Numbered from the stretch's first letter, positions 16,388 to 25,582 are shown. The stretch: DNA of 28,139 bases from Acidimicrobiales bacterium (GCA_051002495.1 JBPCMH010000223.1:1-28139), one strand, 5' to 3'. The notes: a model not told the origin generated them from the sequence alone. Made by a program: numbers and translations.

Positions 16388-17398
16388 TCAGGCCTTCGGC
16401 GTCGGTACCGTTTCGAGCAGTCGCTCGACGATGGCCGCGGCCGCTCCTCCGTCGGCCGATCCGGCCAGCACGAGGCGATGGCTGAGTGCGGCGACGGCGA
16501 CAGCCCGAACGTCATCGGGCGACACATAGGGGCGCCCACTGAGCGCGGCGTTGGCCTTGGCCGAGTGGAGCAGGGCAATGCTCGCTCGCGGGCTCGCACC
16601 GAGCCGCACATCCGGGTGATGTCGCGTGCCGTCGGCCAGGTCGAGCACATAGTCGGCAACGGCGGGCGCGCAATGCACCTGCCGGACGATCCCGACTGCG
16701 GCCTCGATGCCGTCCGTAGGACACACCGGGCCCAGTTCGGCGAGGTGATCGGTGCCGCCAACGCCAAGCAGGAGCTCCTTCTCGGCATGGCGAGGCGGTG
16801 GTCCGAGCTCGACCAGCAAGCCGAACCGGTCGCGTTGGCCTTCGACCAACGGGAAGGTGCCAGCGTGATCGATTGGGTTCTGGGTGGCGACCACGAAGAA
16901 CGGTGCGGGGAGGGGCCAGGTGGTGCCGTCGACGGTCACCTGCCGCTCCTCCATGGCCGCGAGGAGCGCCGACTGCGTGCGGGGCGTTGCCCGGTTGATC
17001 TCATCGACCAGCACAACGTGGTGGAACAGGGGACCAGGACGGAACTCCCAATCGTCGGTGTCCCTTCGCAGCACGCTGACCCCAGTCACGTCGGCTGGCA
17101 GCAGATCGGGCGTGCCCTGAACCCGGCCGAACGAACCCCCTACCGATTGGGCCAGAGCTTTGGCCAGCAAGGTCTTACCGACGCCGGGCACGTCCTCGAG
17201 CAAAAGGTGATGGCCACTGAGGAGTGCGACCAGCGCGAGGCGCACAGCATCGGGCTTGCCCCGCACGACCTTGCCCAAGTTGTCGGTCATGGCCCGGCCA
17301 AGGTCGGCAACGGCTTCAACAGCCAGGCCATGAGCCGTCGCGGTGCGCGGCAAGTCAGTCGACGCTGAGGTCACGTCTCCATCATCGGCCATCTGCAC
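16388..17398 (-). CDS. moxR: MoxR family AAA+ ATPase
   Basis: HLLLEDVPGVGKT (Walker A), RVQGTPDLLPADVTG, LVDEINRATPRTQSALL (Walker B), ATQNP, DRF and GASPRA. Start uncertain (17398, 17392 or later). Confidence 0.93.
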   Translation of the reverse strand: MQMADDGDVTSASTDLPRTATAHGLAVEAVADLGRAMTDNLGKVVRGKPDAVRLALVALLSGHHLLLEDVPGVGKTLLAKALAQSVGGSFGRVQGTPDLLPADVTGVSVLRRDTDDWEFRPGPLFHHVVLVDEINRATPRTQSALLAAMEERQVTVDGTTWPLPAPFFVVATQNPIDHAGTFPLVEGQRDRFGLLVELGPPPRHAEKELLLGVGGTDHLAELGPVCPTDGIEAAVGIVRQVHCAPAVADYVLDLADGTRHHPDVRLGASPRASIALLHSAKANAALSGRPYVSPDDVRAVAVAALSHRLVLAGSADGGAAAAIVERLLETVPTPKA

Positions 17399-17415
17399 CG
17401 CTTCTTGACGCCAGG

Positions 17416-18318
17416 TCAGCCGGAGAAGTCCGGTAGGTCCTGTTTTCGCGAAACGACCTCGGCGAACAGGTCACCGTGCGCGGCCACTCGGTCCAACACT
17501 TGACCGGTCTCGAAGACGAGTGCTGTGGGGTCGCCAGCATCGACCTCCGCCCAGGTCACGGGGGTCGAGACGGTCGGCCGGGCTCTGGCGCGCATGGAGT
17601 AAACGGCAATCGTCGTCTTGTGCTGGTCGTTCTGGCTCCAGTCCACGAAGATCTTCCCGGTCCGTTGATCTTTGGCCATGATCGACGTGACGAGCTTGGG
17701 GTGTTGTTTCTCGAGAAGTTGGGCCACGGCCATGGCGAACGACTTCGTGTCGTCATACGTCGTTGTGCCGTTGTTCAGCGGCACGTACACCTGCATGCCG
17801 TTTGACCCGGACACTTTCGGCCACGCCTCCAGTCCGAGTACACCGAAGAGCTCCCTGAGGAGCAGCGCGACCTCGCAGCACTCCGCCAGTCCGGCCGGGG
17901 GCCCAGGATCAAGGTCGAACGCGACCACGGTCGGATGGTCGGGCGCTTCGCCCTGATGCAACTGGGGGTGCAACTCGAGCGCGGCCAACTGAGCCAGCCA
18001 CACGATGGTCGCCGTGCTGTCGGCCACCACGAAGTCGATGGTCCGCTCGCTGTGCCCGCTCCACACGGCCGAGGTGGTGACCCAGTCCGGCTTGTGTGAA
18101 GGCGTGTTCTTCTCGAAGAAGAACTGCTGGTCGACCCCGTTGGGATAGCGCTTGCGGGTGAGCGGTCGTCCGTCGAGGTGAGAGAGCAGCACCGGGGCGA
18201 TGCGGGCGTAGTAGTCGATGACCTCGCCCTTGGTGAAGCCGGTCTCGGGGTAGAGAACCTTGTCGAGGTTGGTCAGGGAGATCTCGTGGCCGTCGATCTC
18301 GACGGTCGCTTTCTTCAC
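17416..18318 (-). CDS. ligD: Stand-alone LigD polymerase (AEP/PrimPol) domain of non-homologous end joining
   Basis: LTNLDKVLYP, TKGEVIDYY, RYPNG, FFEKN, FDLDPG and FVDWSQN. At 300 aa it has no ligase or phosphoesterase domain. GTG start overlaps the ku stop (GTGA). Confidence 0.92.
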   Translation of the reverse strand: MKKATVEIDGHEISLTNLDKVLYPETGFTKGEVIDYYARIAPVLLSHLDGRPLTRKRYPNGVDQQFFFEKNTPSHKPDWVTTSAVWSGHSERTIDFVVADSTATIVWLAQLAALELHPQLHQGEAPDHPTVVAFDLDPGPPAGLAECCEVALLLRELFGVLGLEAWPKVSGSNGMQVYVPLNNGTTTYDDTKSFAMAVAQLLEKQHPKLVTSIMAKDQRTGKIFVDWSQNDQHKTTIAVYSMRARARPTVSTPVTWAEVDAGDPTALVFETGQVLDRVAAHGDLFAEVVSRKQDLPDFSG

Positions 18319-19145
18319 TCGGCGCCGTCGTTCTGTTTGTCGTCTTCCGGCTTGTTGCCCCGGGCCTCCCTGGCCGCGTTGACGCTGGCCTCGAGGGCGG
18401 CCAACAGGTTTTCGACCTTGGCCGGCTCGGCTTCGGTAGCCGGCGCGGTGAAGACCTCACCGGCTGCTTTGGCCTCGATCAGTTCCATGACCTTCTCGCG
18501 ATAGGTGTCTTCGTACTTCTCCGGCTCAAAGTCATCCGCGGTCAAGGAGTCGATGAGCTGCTTGGCCATCTTGACCTCCTTCTCGGTGAGCTCGATGTCG
18601 TCGCCGGGGAGGCCTTCGAGATCATCGGCGTCAACGATCTCATCGGCGTAGTTCATGATCTCGATGATCAGCACACCGTTCTTGACGCGAATCGCGGCGA
18701 GATACTCTTTGGTGCGCATCACAAACTTCGCGATCGCCACCTTGTCGGTCTCTTCGAGGGCCTCGGCCAGCAACTTGTACGGCTTGCCAGCTCGTTGGTC
18801 GGGCACCAGGTAATACGGCTTGTCGAAATACAGCGGGTCGATCTGGTCGAGGTGTACGAACTCCTCGATCTCGATCGTGTGGGTCGCCTTCGGATCGAGC
18901 GATTCGAGCTCGTTTGGCTCGAGCACGACGTATTGGTCGGGCGCGACCTCATAGCCCTTAACGATCTCGTCGTACGGAATCTCTTCGCCGGTGACCGCGC
19001 TGACACGCTTCTGCTTGATGCGGGCGTTGTCCTTGCTGTGCAGCTGGTTGAACCGCACGTCTTTCTGCGACACCGCGGTGAACAGCTTGACCGGGACATT
19101 GACCAAGCCGAAGCTGATGGATCCACTCCAGATGGGGCGAGGCAT
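18315..19145 (-). CDS. ku: NHEJ Ku protein
   Basis: MPRPIWSGSISFGLVNVPVKL, VKGYEV, IEIEEFV, YFDKPYYLVP and YEDTYREKV; minimal Ku with a short acidic tail. Confidence 0.97.
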   Translation of the reverse strand: MPRPIWSGSISFGLVNVPVKLFTAVSQKDVRFNQLHSKDNARIKQKRVSAVTGEEIPYDEIVKGYEVAPDQYVVLEPNELESLDPKATHTIEIEEFVHLDQIDPLYFDKPYYLVPDQRAGKPYKLLAEALEETDKVAIAKFVMRTKEYLAAIRVKNGVLIIEIMNYADEIVDADDLEGLPGDDIELTEKEVKMAKQLIDSLTADDFEPEKYEDTYREKVMELIEAKAAGEVFTAPATEAEPAKVENLLAALEASVNAAREARGNKPEDDKQNDGAE

Positions 19146-19182
19146 TCCCCCATTGTTCCCGAAAACTCAAGTACGTGGTCCC

Positions 19183-21021
19183 TTAGCGGTACGACGCGGC
19201 CTGGAGCTCGAACAGCTCGGCGTAGGTTCCACCCTGGGCCACGAGCTCCGCGTGGGTGCCAACCTCGGCAATCCCGTTGTCGGCGATGACCACGATGAGA
19301 TCGGCCATGCGGACCGTCGAGAAGCGGTGGCTGACGAGCAAGGTGATCGCCCCTCGCCCAACGCCGGCGTCGCGTGCCGCGGCGGCATAGCGCTCGAACA
19401 GCTCATGTTCGGTCTGCGGATCGAGCGCGGCGGTCGGTTCGTCGAGCAGGAGCACCAGCGGTTCGGTCCGCATCATGGCGCGGCCGATGGCCAACTTTTG
19501 CCACTGACCGCCAGAGAGCTCGACGCCACCTTCGAAGCTGCGCCCGAGCAGCGTCTCCCCTCCGGCGGGCAGCTCACCGAGAACGCCGTCTGCCGCGGCT
19601 CGGGACAATGCGGAGTCGACAGCGCCGGGTGAATCGGCCTCCGAGAGGTCGCCGATACCCACCGTCTCAGCGGCCATGAGCTCAAACTTGGCGTAGTCCT
19701 GGAATCCGGCCGAGAGCACGTGCCGCCAGTGGTCTACGTCGAAGTCGCGCAGGTCGACACCATCCACGGTGATTTGACCTTCCGTAGGGTCGTAGTACCG
19801 AGCGAGGAGCTTGACCAGCGTCGACTTGCCTGCCCCGTTGTCACCCACGATCGCGACGATCGACCCGGCGGGAATGTGCAGATCGGTCGTCGTGAGCACG
19901 GGCTTGTCGGTGCCCGGATAGACGAAGCTGACCGCCTCGAGCCGTATCCCATCGGTCAACCGTTCAGGGACCGCTTTGGGCTCGGGTGGATGGGTGGCCG
20001 CGACGGCCGTTCGGTGATGAGCCATGAGCCAGGCGTATCGGTCAGCGGACTTGAGCGACTCGATCAGCCACTGCCACATGCTGGTCAACTGCTGCACGCG
20101 CCCTCGCACTTGGGCGCCCAGGCTCACGGTCACGACCACGTCGCCGACGGTTGCCTGGCCGCGGCTCGCTCGGTTCACCATAAGCAGCAGGGCGGCGACG
20201 TAGCCGGCAGCAAACACCGACCACCCGATGGCCGCGACCAGTTGGTAGCGGATGGTCACCCGCAGCGTGTCGGTCTCCATCGACTTCCAGATCCGATCGC
20301 GGTGATCGATGACTTCGTCCTGCAGCCCGAAGACCCGGATCTCCTTGGCCGGCGCGGCCTCGGTTGCCATCTGGAACAGGTGCCGACGGATCCGGCCCCG
20401 CTCGGCCAGGTCTTCCCTGAGCTTCTCCAGCGAAGTGGATGTTCGGTGGCTGATGACGGCACTGGGGATGCCGCACAGAGGGAGCAGCAGGAGGGGCGCA
20501 TCCAGGCGACCCAAGATGGCGACAGTGGTGATGAGCTGGATGACGCCGTTCGCGAGCCAGATCACCGCGCTTGGCGCGCTGGCCAGCGCGCTGCGCTGCT
20601 GGTGCAAGAGCTGCAACTTGTCGGCGTAGTCGGCCCGTTCGAAGTGCTCGAGGGTCGGTGTGGTGGCGGTGAGCCTCACCAGCTCCTCGTCGATGTAGTG
20701 GGTGGTTCGTTCCCTTACCTGCATGTCGAGCGGGAAGCGCAGCGCGCTGCCCCATGACTGCACGATGAACAACCCCACGAAGATGGCGAGGCCCATCACG
20801 GCCCGCTCGCGATCAGCCTGCACGACAGCCTCGGTGAGGATGCCGAGTCCGACCGCGTAACCCGGCGTCGCGACGCCTTGGACGATCCTCAACAGCGTGA
20901 CCGCCGATGAACGCCAAGGATCGGCCTTGAAAGCCGCGGTCACAACGGCTCTGGCGCCCACCCAGCGATCAGCCACCGATGCCAGCCTCTGCGATCTTGG
21001 TTGGGTCGGATTCCGGGTCAT
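19183..21021 (-). CDS. ABC exporter, fused permease/ATP-binding subunit (second half of the pair)
   Basis: TM domain followed by GDNGAGKST, LSGGQWQK, LLLDEPT and SHRFST. Start may instead be GTG 20976. Confidence 0.92.
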   Translation of the reverse strand: MTRNPTQPRSQRLASVADRWVGARAVVTAAFKADPWRSSAVTLLRIVQGVATPGYAVGLGILTEAVVQADRERAVMGLAIFVGLFIVQSWGSALRFPLDMQVRERTTHYIDEELVRLTATTPTLEHFERADYADKLQLLHQQRSALASAPSAVIWLANGVIQLITTVAILGRLDAPLLLLPLCGIPSAVISHRTSTSLEKLREDLAERGRIRRHLFQMATEAAPAKEIRVFGLQDEVIDHRDRIWKSMETDTLRVTIRYQLVAAIGWSVFAAGYVAALLLMVNRASRGQATVGDVVVTVSLGAQVRGRVQQLTSMWQWLIESLKSADRYAWLMAHHRTAVAATHPPEPKAVPERLTDGIRLEAVSFVYPGTDKPVLTTTDLHIPAGSIVAIVGDNGAGKSTLVKLLARYYDPTEGQITVDGVDLRDFDVDHWRHVLSAGFQDYAKFELMAAETVGIGDLSEADSPGAVDSALSRAAADGVLGELPAGGETLLGRSFEGGVELSGGQWQKLAIGRAMMRTEPLVLLLDEPTAALDPQTEHELFERYAAAARDAGVGRGAITLLVSHRFSTVRMADLIVVIADNGIAEVGTHAELVAQGGTYAELFELQAASYR

Positions 21022-22897
21022 CCCAGTAGCGGGATGCCTGCAGGGTGAACAGCCGGGCGTAGGTACCAGCCAGGGCCATCAGAGAGTCGTGGTTGCCGTC
21101 CTCCACGACCCTGCCCTCATCAAGGACGACGATGCGGTCGGCGCGGCGGACAGTCGAGAACCGGTGGGAGATGACGATGGTGGTCAACCCGGCGGTGAGG
21201 TCGAAGAACCGCTCGTAGATCTCGGCCTCGGTGCGCACATCGAGATTCGCGGTCGGCTCGTCAAGCACCAACACTCCTGCCCCGCCTTCGACCGCCATCA
21301 GAGCCCTGGCCAAAGCCAGACGCTGCCACTGGCCGCCGGACAAGTCGGTGCCGCCGGTCATCTGCCTGGACAGCGGCGTGTCCCAGCCCGACTCGAGACC
21401 CTCGATGATGCTCAGGGCGCCGGCGCGATCGGCGGCCCGCTCGACCAAGGCCATGTCCCCGTGATGAGCGGGCGCGCCGTACCCAACGTTGTATCGGGCG
21501 GCCAGTTCCCACCGCTGGAAGTCCTGGAAGATGGCGGCGATGCGGGTTTGCCAATCGGTGGCGTCAAGATCCTCAACCGGGATGCCGTCGACCGTGATGC
21601 GGCCTCCGGTCGGAACGTGAAGCCGGGCGAGCAACTTCACCAGAGTGGTCTTGCCTGCGCCGTTGGCTCCGACAATGGCCAAGCTCTCACCGGCGCGAAT
21701 AGTGAGGTCGAGATCGGTGTAGACGTGGTCGGGACGGCCCGCGTAGCAGAAGCTCACCGACTCAAAACGAATCTCCCGCTTGGGGAGTCCGGTTGCCGGC
21801 GCACCTCCTTCGGAGCGCATCGCGAGCAACTCCTGTTCGAGTTCGAGCATGACTGGAATGGTGGCAACACCCTCGGAGATCATGTGGTCCCAGTCGCCGA
21901 CCGCGCCGAGCGAGCTCGCATTGAAGACTGCGCTCATCGTCATCACGACCACTGCCAACGTGATCTGTCCGTCGATGCCGGCCAGGACGACGGTCGCCAA
22001 GGTGCCGATCTGCACGACGAAAGCCAAGCCGGTCACCAAGAACGTGGTCGGCCTCCCCTTCATCTTCGGCCACACCGTCGCCATCGCCTCGCGCCAGGCC
22101 TGATCGAATCGCCGCCCGATCCACGACTCCAGCGAAAACACGCGCAACTCTTTCGCCGCTTCAGGGGTCAACGCGGCGTCGCGGAAGTAGTTGGACCGCC
22201 GATGAATCTGACCCTTGTCGAAGATCGCGATCGTGACGTCGTCGAACAGCCGGCGCCACCAGGCCCGCTCGAGCAACACGGCAACCGAGATTGCCACGGC
22301 CAGCCACCAGCGGAACCGGCCGATGATCAGGAGGGAGCCAATGCCGGCCAACCGGGTGCTGTACATCTGCACCATGCCGTTGACCGCGCCGCCCGGAGTG
22401 AAGCTGCCGATCAATCCTTCGGCCTTGGCGATCTGATCGAGCACGGCTGGGTCTTCCAGGTGGGCGATCGACGGCGGGGCGAGCGCGGCCGCGGTCAGCC
22501 GGTTGCTGATGTGGCGATCGAACCGTCGGGCCAGGGTGCTCTGAGCCAACCCAAACATCGGCAACAGACCGAGCTGCGCGACATACAACAGAGCCACGAT
22601 CGCGAGCGCCCGGTAGAGCGCCGAGCCAGCACCGCCGTCAAGGCCGTCGGTAACTGCAGCCGGTATACGGCCGACGAGCACGCCAGTGGCGATCGTGAAC
22701 GCCGGGGTGAGGACCGCGCCAACGACCATGCCGACGAGCGTCAGAAACGTGAGGAGCCGGCTGACGCCCGGAAGTTGGCGGACCAGCAGAACCCGGGACG
22801 AACCCCAGATGGCCGATGGCCGCGTGCTGTCGAGGAACGCAGCCACCCTGCCAACGGGGCGCGCGGTCGCATCAGCACCGTTGGAGGGGGTGGGCAT
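20969..22897 (-). CDS. ABC exporter, fused permease/ATP-binding subunit (first half of the pair)
   Basis: TM domain followed by GANGAGKTT, LSGGQWQR, LVLDEPT and SHRFST. Confidence 0.92.
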   Translation of the reverse strand: MPTPSNGADATARPVGRVAAFLDSTRPSAIWGSSRVLLVRQLPGVSRLLTFLTLVGMVVGAVLTPAFTIATGVLVGRIPAAVTDGLDGGAGSALYRALAIVALLYVAQLGLLPMFGLAQSTLARRFDRHISNRLTAAALAPPSIAHLEDPAVLDQIAKAEGLIGSFTPGGAVNGMVQMYSTRLAGIGSLLIIGRFRWWLAVAISVAVLLERAWWRRLFDDVTIAIFDKGQIHRRSNYFRDAALTPEAAKELRVFSLESWIGRRFDQAWREAMATVWPKMKGRPTTFLVTGLAFVVQIGTLATVVLAGIDGQITLAVVVMTMSAVFNASSLGAVGDWDHMISEGVATIPVMLELEQELLAMRSEGGAPATGLPKREIRFESVSFCYAGRPDHVYTDLDLTIRAGESLAIVGANGAGKTTLVKLLARLHVPTGGRITVDGIPVEDLDATDWQTRIAAIFQDFQRWELAARYNVGYGAPAHHGDMALVERAADRAGALSIIEGLESGWDTPLSRQMTGGTDLSGGQWQRLALARALMAVEGGAGVLVLDEPTANLDVRTEAEIYERFFDLTAGLTTIVISHRFSTVRRADRIVVLDEGRVVEDGNHDSLMALAGTYARLFTLQASRYWDDPESDPTKIAEAGIGG

Positions 22898-22904
22898 TTG
22901 CCCG

Positions 22905-22910
22905 AGTCTA
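22905..22910 (-). promoter_or_regulatory. Putative -10 element (TAGACT) for a leaderless ABC-pair transcript
   Basis: TANNNT 7 nt before ATG 22897. Confidence 0.5.
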
Positions 22911-22970
22911 GGGTCGGCCCGGCACCGTCCCGAGTGGAATTTCGGAGGCGACGAGCGCGATCACCCCGCC

Positions 22971-22992
22971 TGTCACGGTTGACTGGCACCCT
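22971..22992 (+). promoter_or_regulatory. Putative DNA-damage-inducible promoter (TGTCAC-N10-CACCCT) upstream of nurA
   Basis: Same geometry as the element before mre11. It resembles the PafBC/RecA-NDp consensus TGTCGG-N10-TANNNT. ATG lies 5 nt downstream. Confidence 0.45.
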
Positions 22993-22997
22993 GGGGC

Positions 22998-24005
22998 ATG
23001 ACCGATCTCGCCGCTGGCCCGGCCGCCAACGCTGCCCCGTTGGAAGTAGCCGCAGCCCGGCTGGCCGCGCTGCTCACCGGTGAGGCCACGGCCATCTCCG
23101 ACCCCGGCAACGGCACCGACCTGGTCTTCGAGTCAGTCATCGGGTTGCGACCGTTGGTCCGCACCGACGCGCCAGCCGATGTCTGGGCCGTCGATGGCGG
23201 GCAAGCGCTCGTGGCCGACGGTCGGTGCCTCCAGGTCGTCGTGACCCGTGCGGGCCGCGTCCGCTTCCAGGACCGTGTGGCGACGTTCGAAGAAGAAGGC
23301 CAGCTGCGACCCGCGCTGCTTGGCCTCGGCGAACAGGCCGACGCCCGGGCCGGGTTGGCACTTGATGGGCTGGCCGCGGACTGCGCGGTTGATCTCAACC
23401 TGCTCCGCGACCGCTGGGAATGGGATGCGGTCGAGCGATCGATCGCCGAGGCTGATCCGGGGGCTCTGGTCCTCGTCGACGGCGATTTGCAACCCGACTG
23501 GCGCATCCCATCGCATTACCTGGCAAGACTCTTCGCCGCGGCATCCTCAAGGGGCGTGATGCTGGCAAGCGTCACTAAGCACTCGTCGCTGGCTCGGGGA
23601 GGCGCTCCGCTTCTGGGTGCTCTCGAGCGGGAGGCGGCCGAGCTGTTCGGTGAGCGGGCGATGTGGTGGGCCCCGGTGGCCCGCACCCGCAGCGATGTCG
23701 AGCCGGGCATCCAGGTTGCGATGGCTCGCCTCGACCCCGATGCCCGCTTCTCGTTCAGAATCGACCTGCCGGGCGACGCCGATCCGGAGATCGTTCTCGG
23801 CTCCCTGTCCGCGTTGTGCGACGACGCGGCCTTTCCTGGCTACCCGTACCCGCTGACGGTCGCCGACCGCTTGGCGGCGTGCCCGGGCTGGGTCCGCCAA
23901 GAAGTACGCATGCAACTCGACGACCTGCTCGATGCAACCGGGGTCCCGTTCGATGTCCGCGAGCGAGCCTTCGCCGACCGCCACCGACTCATGGAGCGCT
24001 CATGA
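22998..24005 (+). CDS. nurA: DNA double-strand break repair nuclease NurA
   Basis: WAVDGG (D66), RWE (E141), LVLVDGDL (D161), ASVTKHS and GYPYPLTVADRLA follow the NurA motif order. The stop overlaps the herA start (ATGA). Confidence 0.85.
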   Translation: MTDLAAGPAANAAPLEVAAARLAALLTGEATAISDPGNGTDLVFESVIGLRPLVRTDAPADVWAVDGGQALVADGRCLQVVVTRAGRVRFQDRVATFEEEGQLRPALLGLGEQADARAGLALDGLAADCAVDLNLLRDRWEWDAVERSIAEADPGALVLVDGDLQPDWRIPSHYLARLFAAASSRGVMLASVTKHSSLARGGAPLLGALEREAAELFGERAMWWAPVARTRSDVEPGIQVAMARLDPDARFSFRIDLPGDADPEIVLGSLSALCDDAAFPGYPYPLTVADRLAACPGWVRQEVRMQLDDLLDATGVPFDVRERAFADRHRLMERS

Positions 24006-25582
24006 CCGAGTCCACGATCAGAGGTCGGCTGTATGGCCGCAACGTCCTAGAGGGCGAGTTCCGGGCCGCGCCGGATGACGACCTGTTCCTCGGCGAGCTG
24101 CTGGTTGGCGTCGACGACTCGACCGGTCGCCGCTATCTCTTCCGCATCACCGACGTCACCTACGGCACCGAACACCGGGAGCCAGGCTGGGCCGAGCGAG
24201 TAGCTGGCACGCTCCTCGCCGACGACGCTCGGGGGGAAGCCGGAGCGCACCCGCTCTATGAGCAGGCGAGGCGCACGTACCGGGTGGCGAAGTGTTCGTG
24301 TCTCGGCTATCTCACACCCGACGGCACCGAGTTCCGCAAACCTAAGAGCCTTCCGACCCAGTTCAGCCAGGTGGTCGCGCCGGAAGCGACCGACTTCGCG
24401 TTCCTCGAAAGTCGCATGGGCGACCTTCCTATCGGGCTGCTGCGATCGGGCGAGACCACCGTCGACTTCTCCGTCGGCATCCCGGGCTCCGCCCTCGCCA
24501 CCCACGTCGGCATATTCGCCACGACCGGCATGGGCAAGTCGAACCTGATGCAAGTGTTGGCTGGCGGCGTCATGCGGGCCAACGGCGCCTACGGCCTGCT
24601 CGTCGTCGACCCCCACGGCGAGTACCGCACCTCGCTGGCCAAACATCCGTGGGCCGGCGAGCGACTGCGAACGTATGCGGCTCGCCGCCTCCCCAACACG
24701 TCGATGCTGCGCGTGAGCCTCGGCGAACTGAGCGTCGACGACCTCCGAACCGCCTACGAGTGGAGCCGACCCCAGGAGGAAGCGCTGTTCGAGCTGGAGC
24801 GGCACTACGGAACCTCTTTCGGCACCGGGCTGGCCTGGCTGCTTCCGTTCTCTCAACTCGACCAACTCCCCGAGTTTCGCGACATCGAGCTCGGCAACCG
24901 GGTCGCGCTCAACACGCTGCAGGTGGTGCACCGCCGGGCGCGGCGCATTGTCGACCTGCCGTGTGTTGCCACCGACGCCAACGTCTCCGTAGGCGGCTCC
25001 GTCGTGCGCGACCTCGAGGACGGCCGCGTGGTCCTCATCGACGTCAGCGGCTTGGGATCGACCGAGGAAGTGCTCGTTGCTTCGTTTCTGACCCGGCGTG
25101 TGCTCGATCACTGGCAGAGCGCCTATCTCGATGAGCCCGACCTTCATGAACGGATGCCGGTGGTGGCGATCGTGCTCGAAGAGGCCCAACGCGTGCTGTC
25201 GCGCAACCGCGACCGCGAGTCCAACGTGTTTCCACGGGTGGCGAGGGAGGGTCGCAAGTTCAAGACGGGCCTGGTGGCCATCACCCAGCAGCCGAAGTTG
25301 CTCGACGATGAGCTGCTCAGCCAGTTCAACACCTTCTTCATCCTGGGCTTGGCCGACGAGAAGGACCGCAACATCCTGCGGTCATCCTCGAAGCAGGACA
25401 TCTCCGCCCTCGGTAATGAGATCCAGACGCTCATGCCCGGCGAGTGCCTGGTGGCGTCGCTGGCCGCGCCGTTCGCCATTCCGGCCCGCATCCATCTGTG
25501 GTCACAACTTTGCAAAGACACACCGCCAGCGCCGGCTCCTCGCCCCTCGCCTGCCGCGAACGTCTCCGCCCTGGTCGACTGA
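24002..25582 (+). CDS. herA: HerA family DNA translocase/helicase (HerA/FtsK-type ATPase)
   Basis: N-terminal beta-rich HAS-barrel-like region, HVGIFATTGMGKSN (Walker A), VVDPHGEY, IVLEEAQRV (Walker B), RVAREGRKF, ITQQP and SQFNT. True start is ATG 24002 (MTESTIRG), not 23663. Confidence 0.92.
   Translation: MTESTIRGRLYGRNVLEGEFRAAPDDDLFLGELLVGVDDSTGRRYLFRITDVTYGTEHREPGWAERVAGTLLADDARGEAGAHPLYEQARRTYRVAKCSCLGYLTPDGTEFRKPKSLPTQFSQVVAPEATDFAFLESRMGDLPIGLLRSGETTVDFSVGIPGSALATHVGIFATTGMGKSNLMQVLAGGVMRANGAYGLLVVDPHGEYRTSLAKHPWAGERLRTYAARRLPNTSMLRVSLGELSVDDLRTAYEWSRPQEEALFELERHYGTSFGTGLAWLLPFSQLDQLPEFRDIELGNRVALNTLQVVHRRARRIVDLPCVATDANVSVGGSVVRDLEDGRVVLIDVSGLGSTEEVLVASFLTRRVLDHWQSAYLDEPDLHERMPVVAIVLEEAQRVLSRNRDRESNVFPRVAREGRKFKTGLVAITQQPKLLDDELLSQFNTFFILGLADEKDRNILRSSSKQDISALGNEIQTLMPGECLVASLAAPFAIPARIHLWSQLCKDTPPAPAPRPSPAANVSALVD

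Noticed and set aside
19146-19182. SigF/SigB-type promoter (GGGAAC) upstream of ku
   Set aside because: A -10-like hexamer is present but there is no convincing -35 at the right spacing.
19183-22897. RiPP or antibiotic cluster around the ABC pair
   Set aside because: No precursor peptide, modification enzyme or peptidase domain nearby.
22898-22997. LexA/SOS box upstream of the repair operon
   Set aside because: No TCGAAC-N4-GTTCGA-like site seen here, before mre11 or before ku.
20897-23083. 728-aa plus-strand ORF
   Set aside because: Shadow of the ABC transporter gene; no recognisable domain.
24002-25582. HerA as an anti-phage system (Sir2-HerA, DUF4297-HerA type)
   Set aside because: The partner is NurA and the neighbours are Mre11/Rad50; there is no Sir2, DUF4297 or other defence effector, and no mobile-element context. 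A secondary defence role is not excluded.
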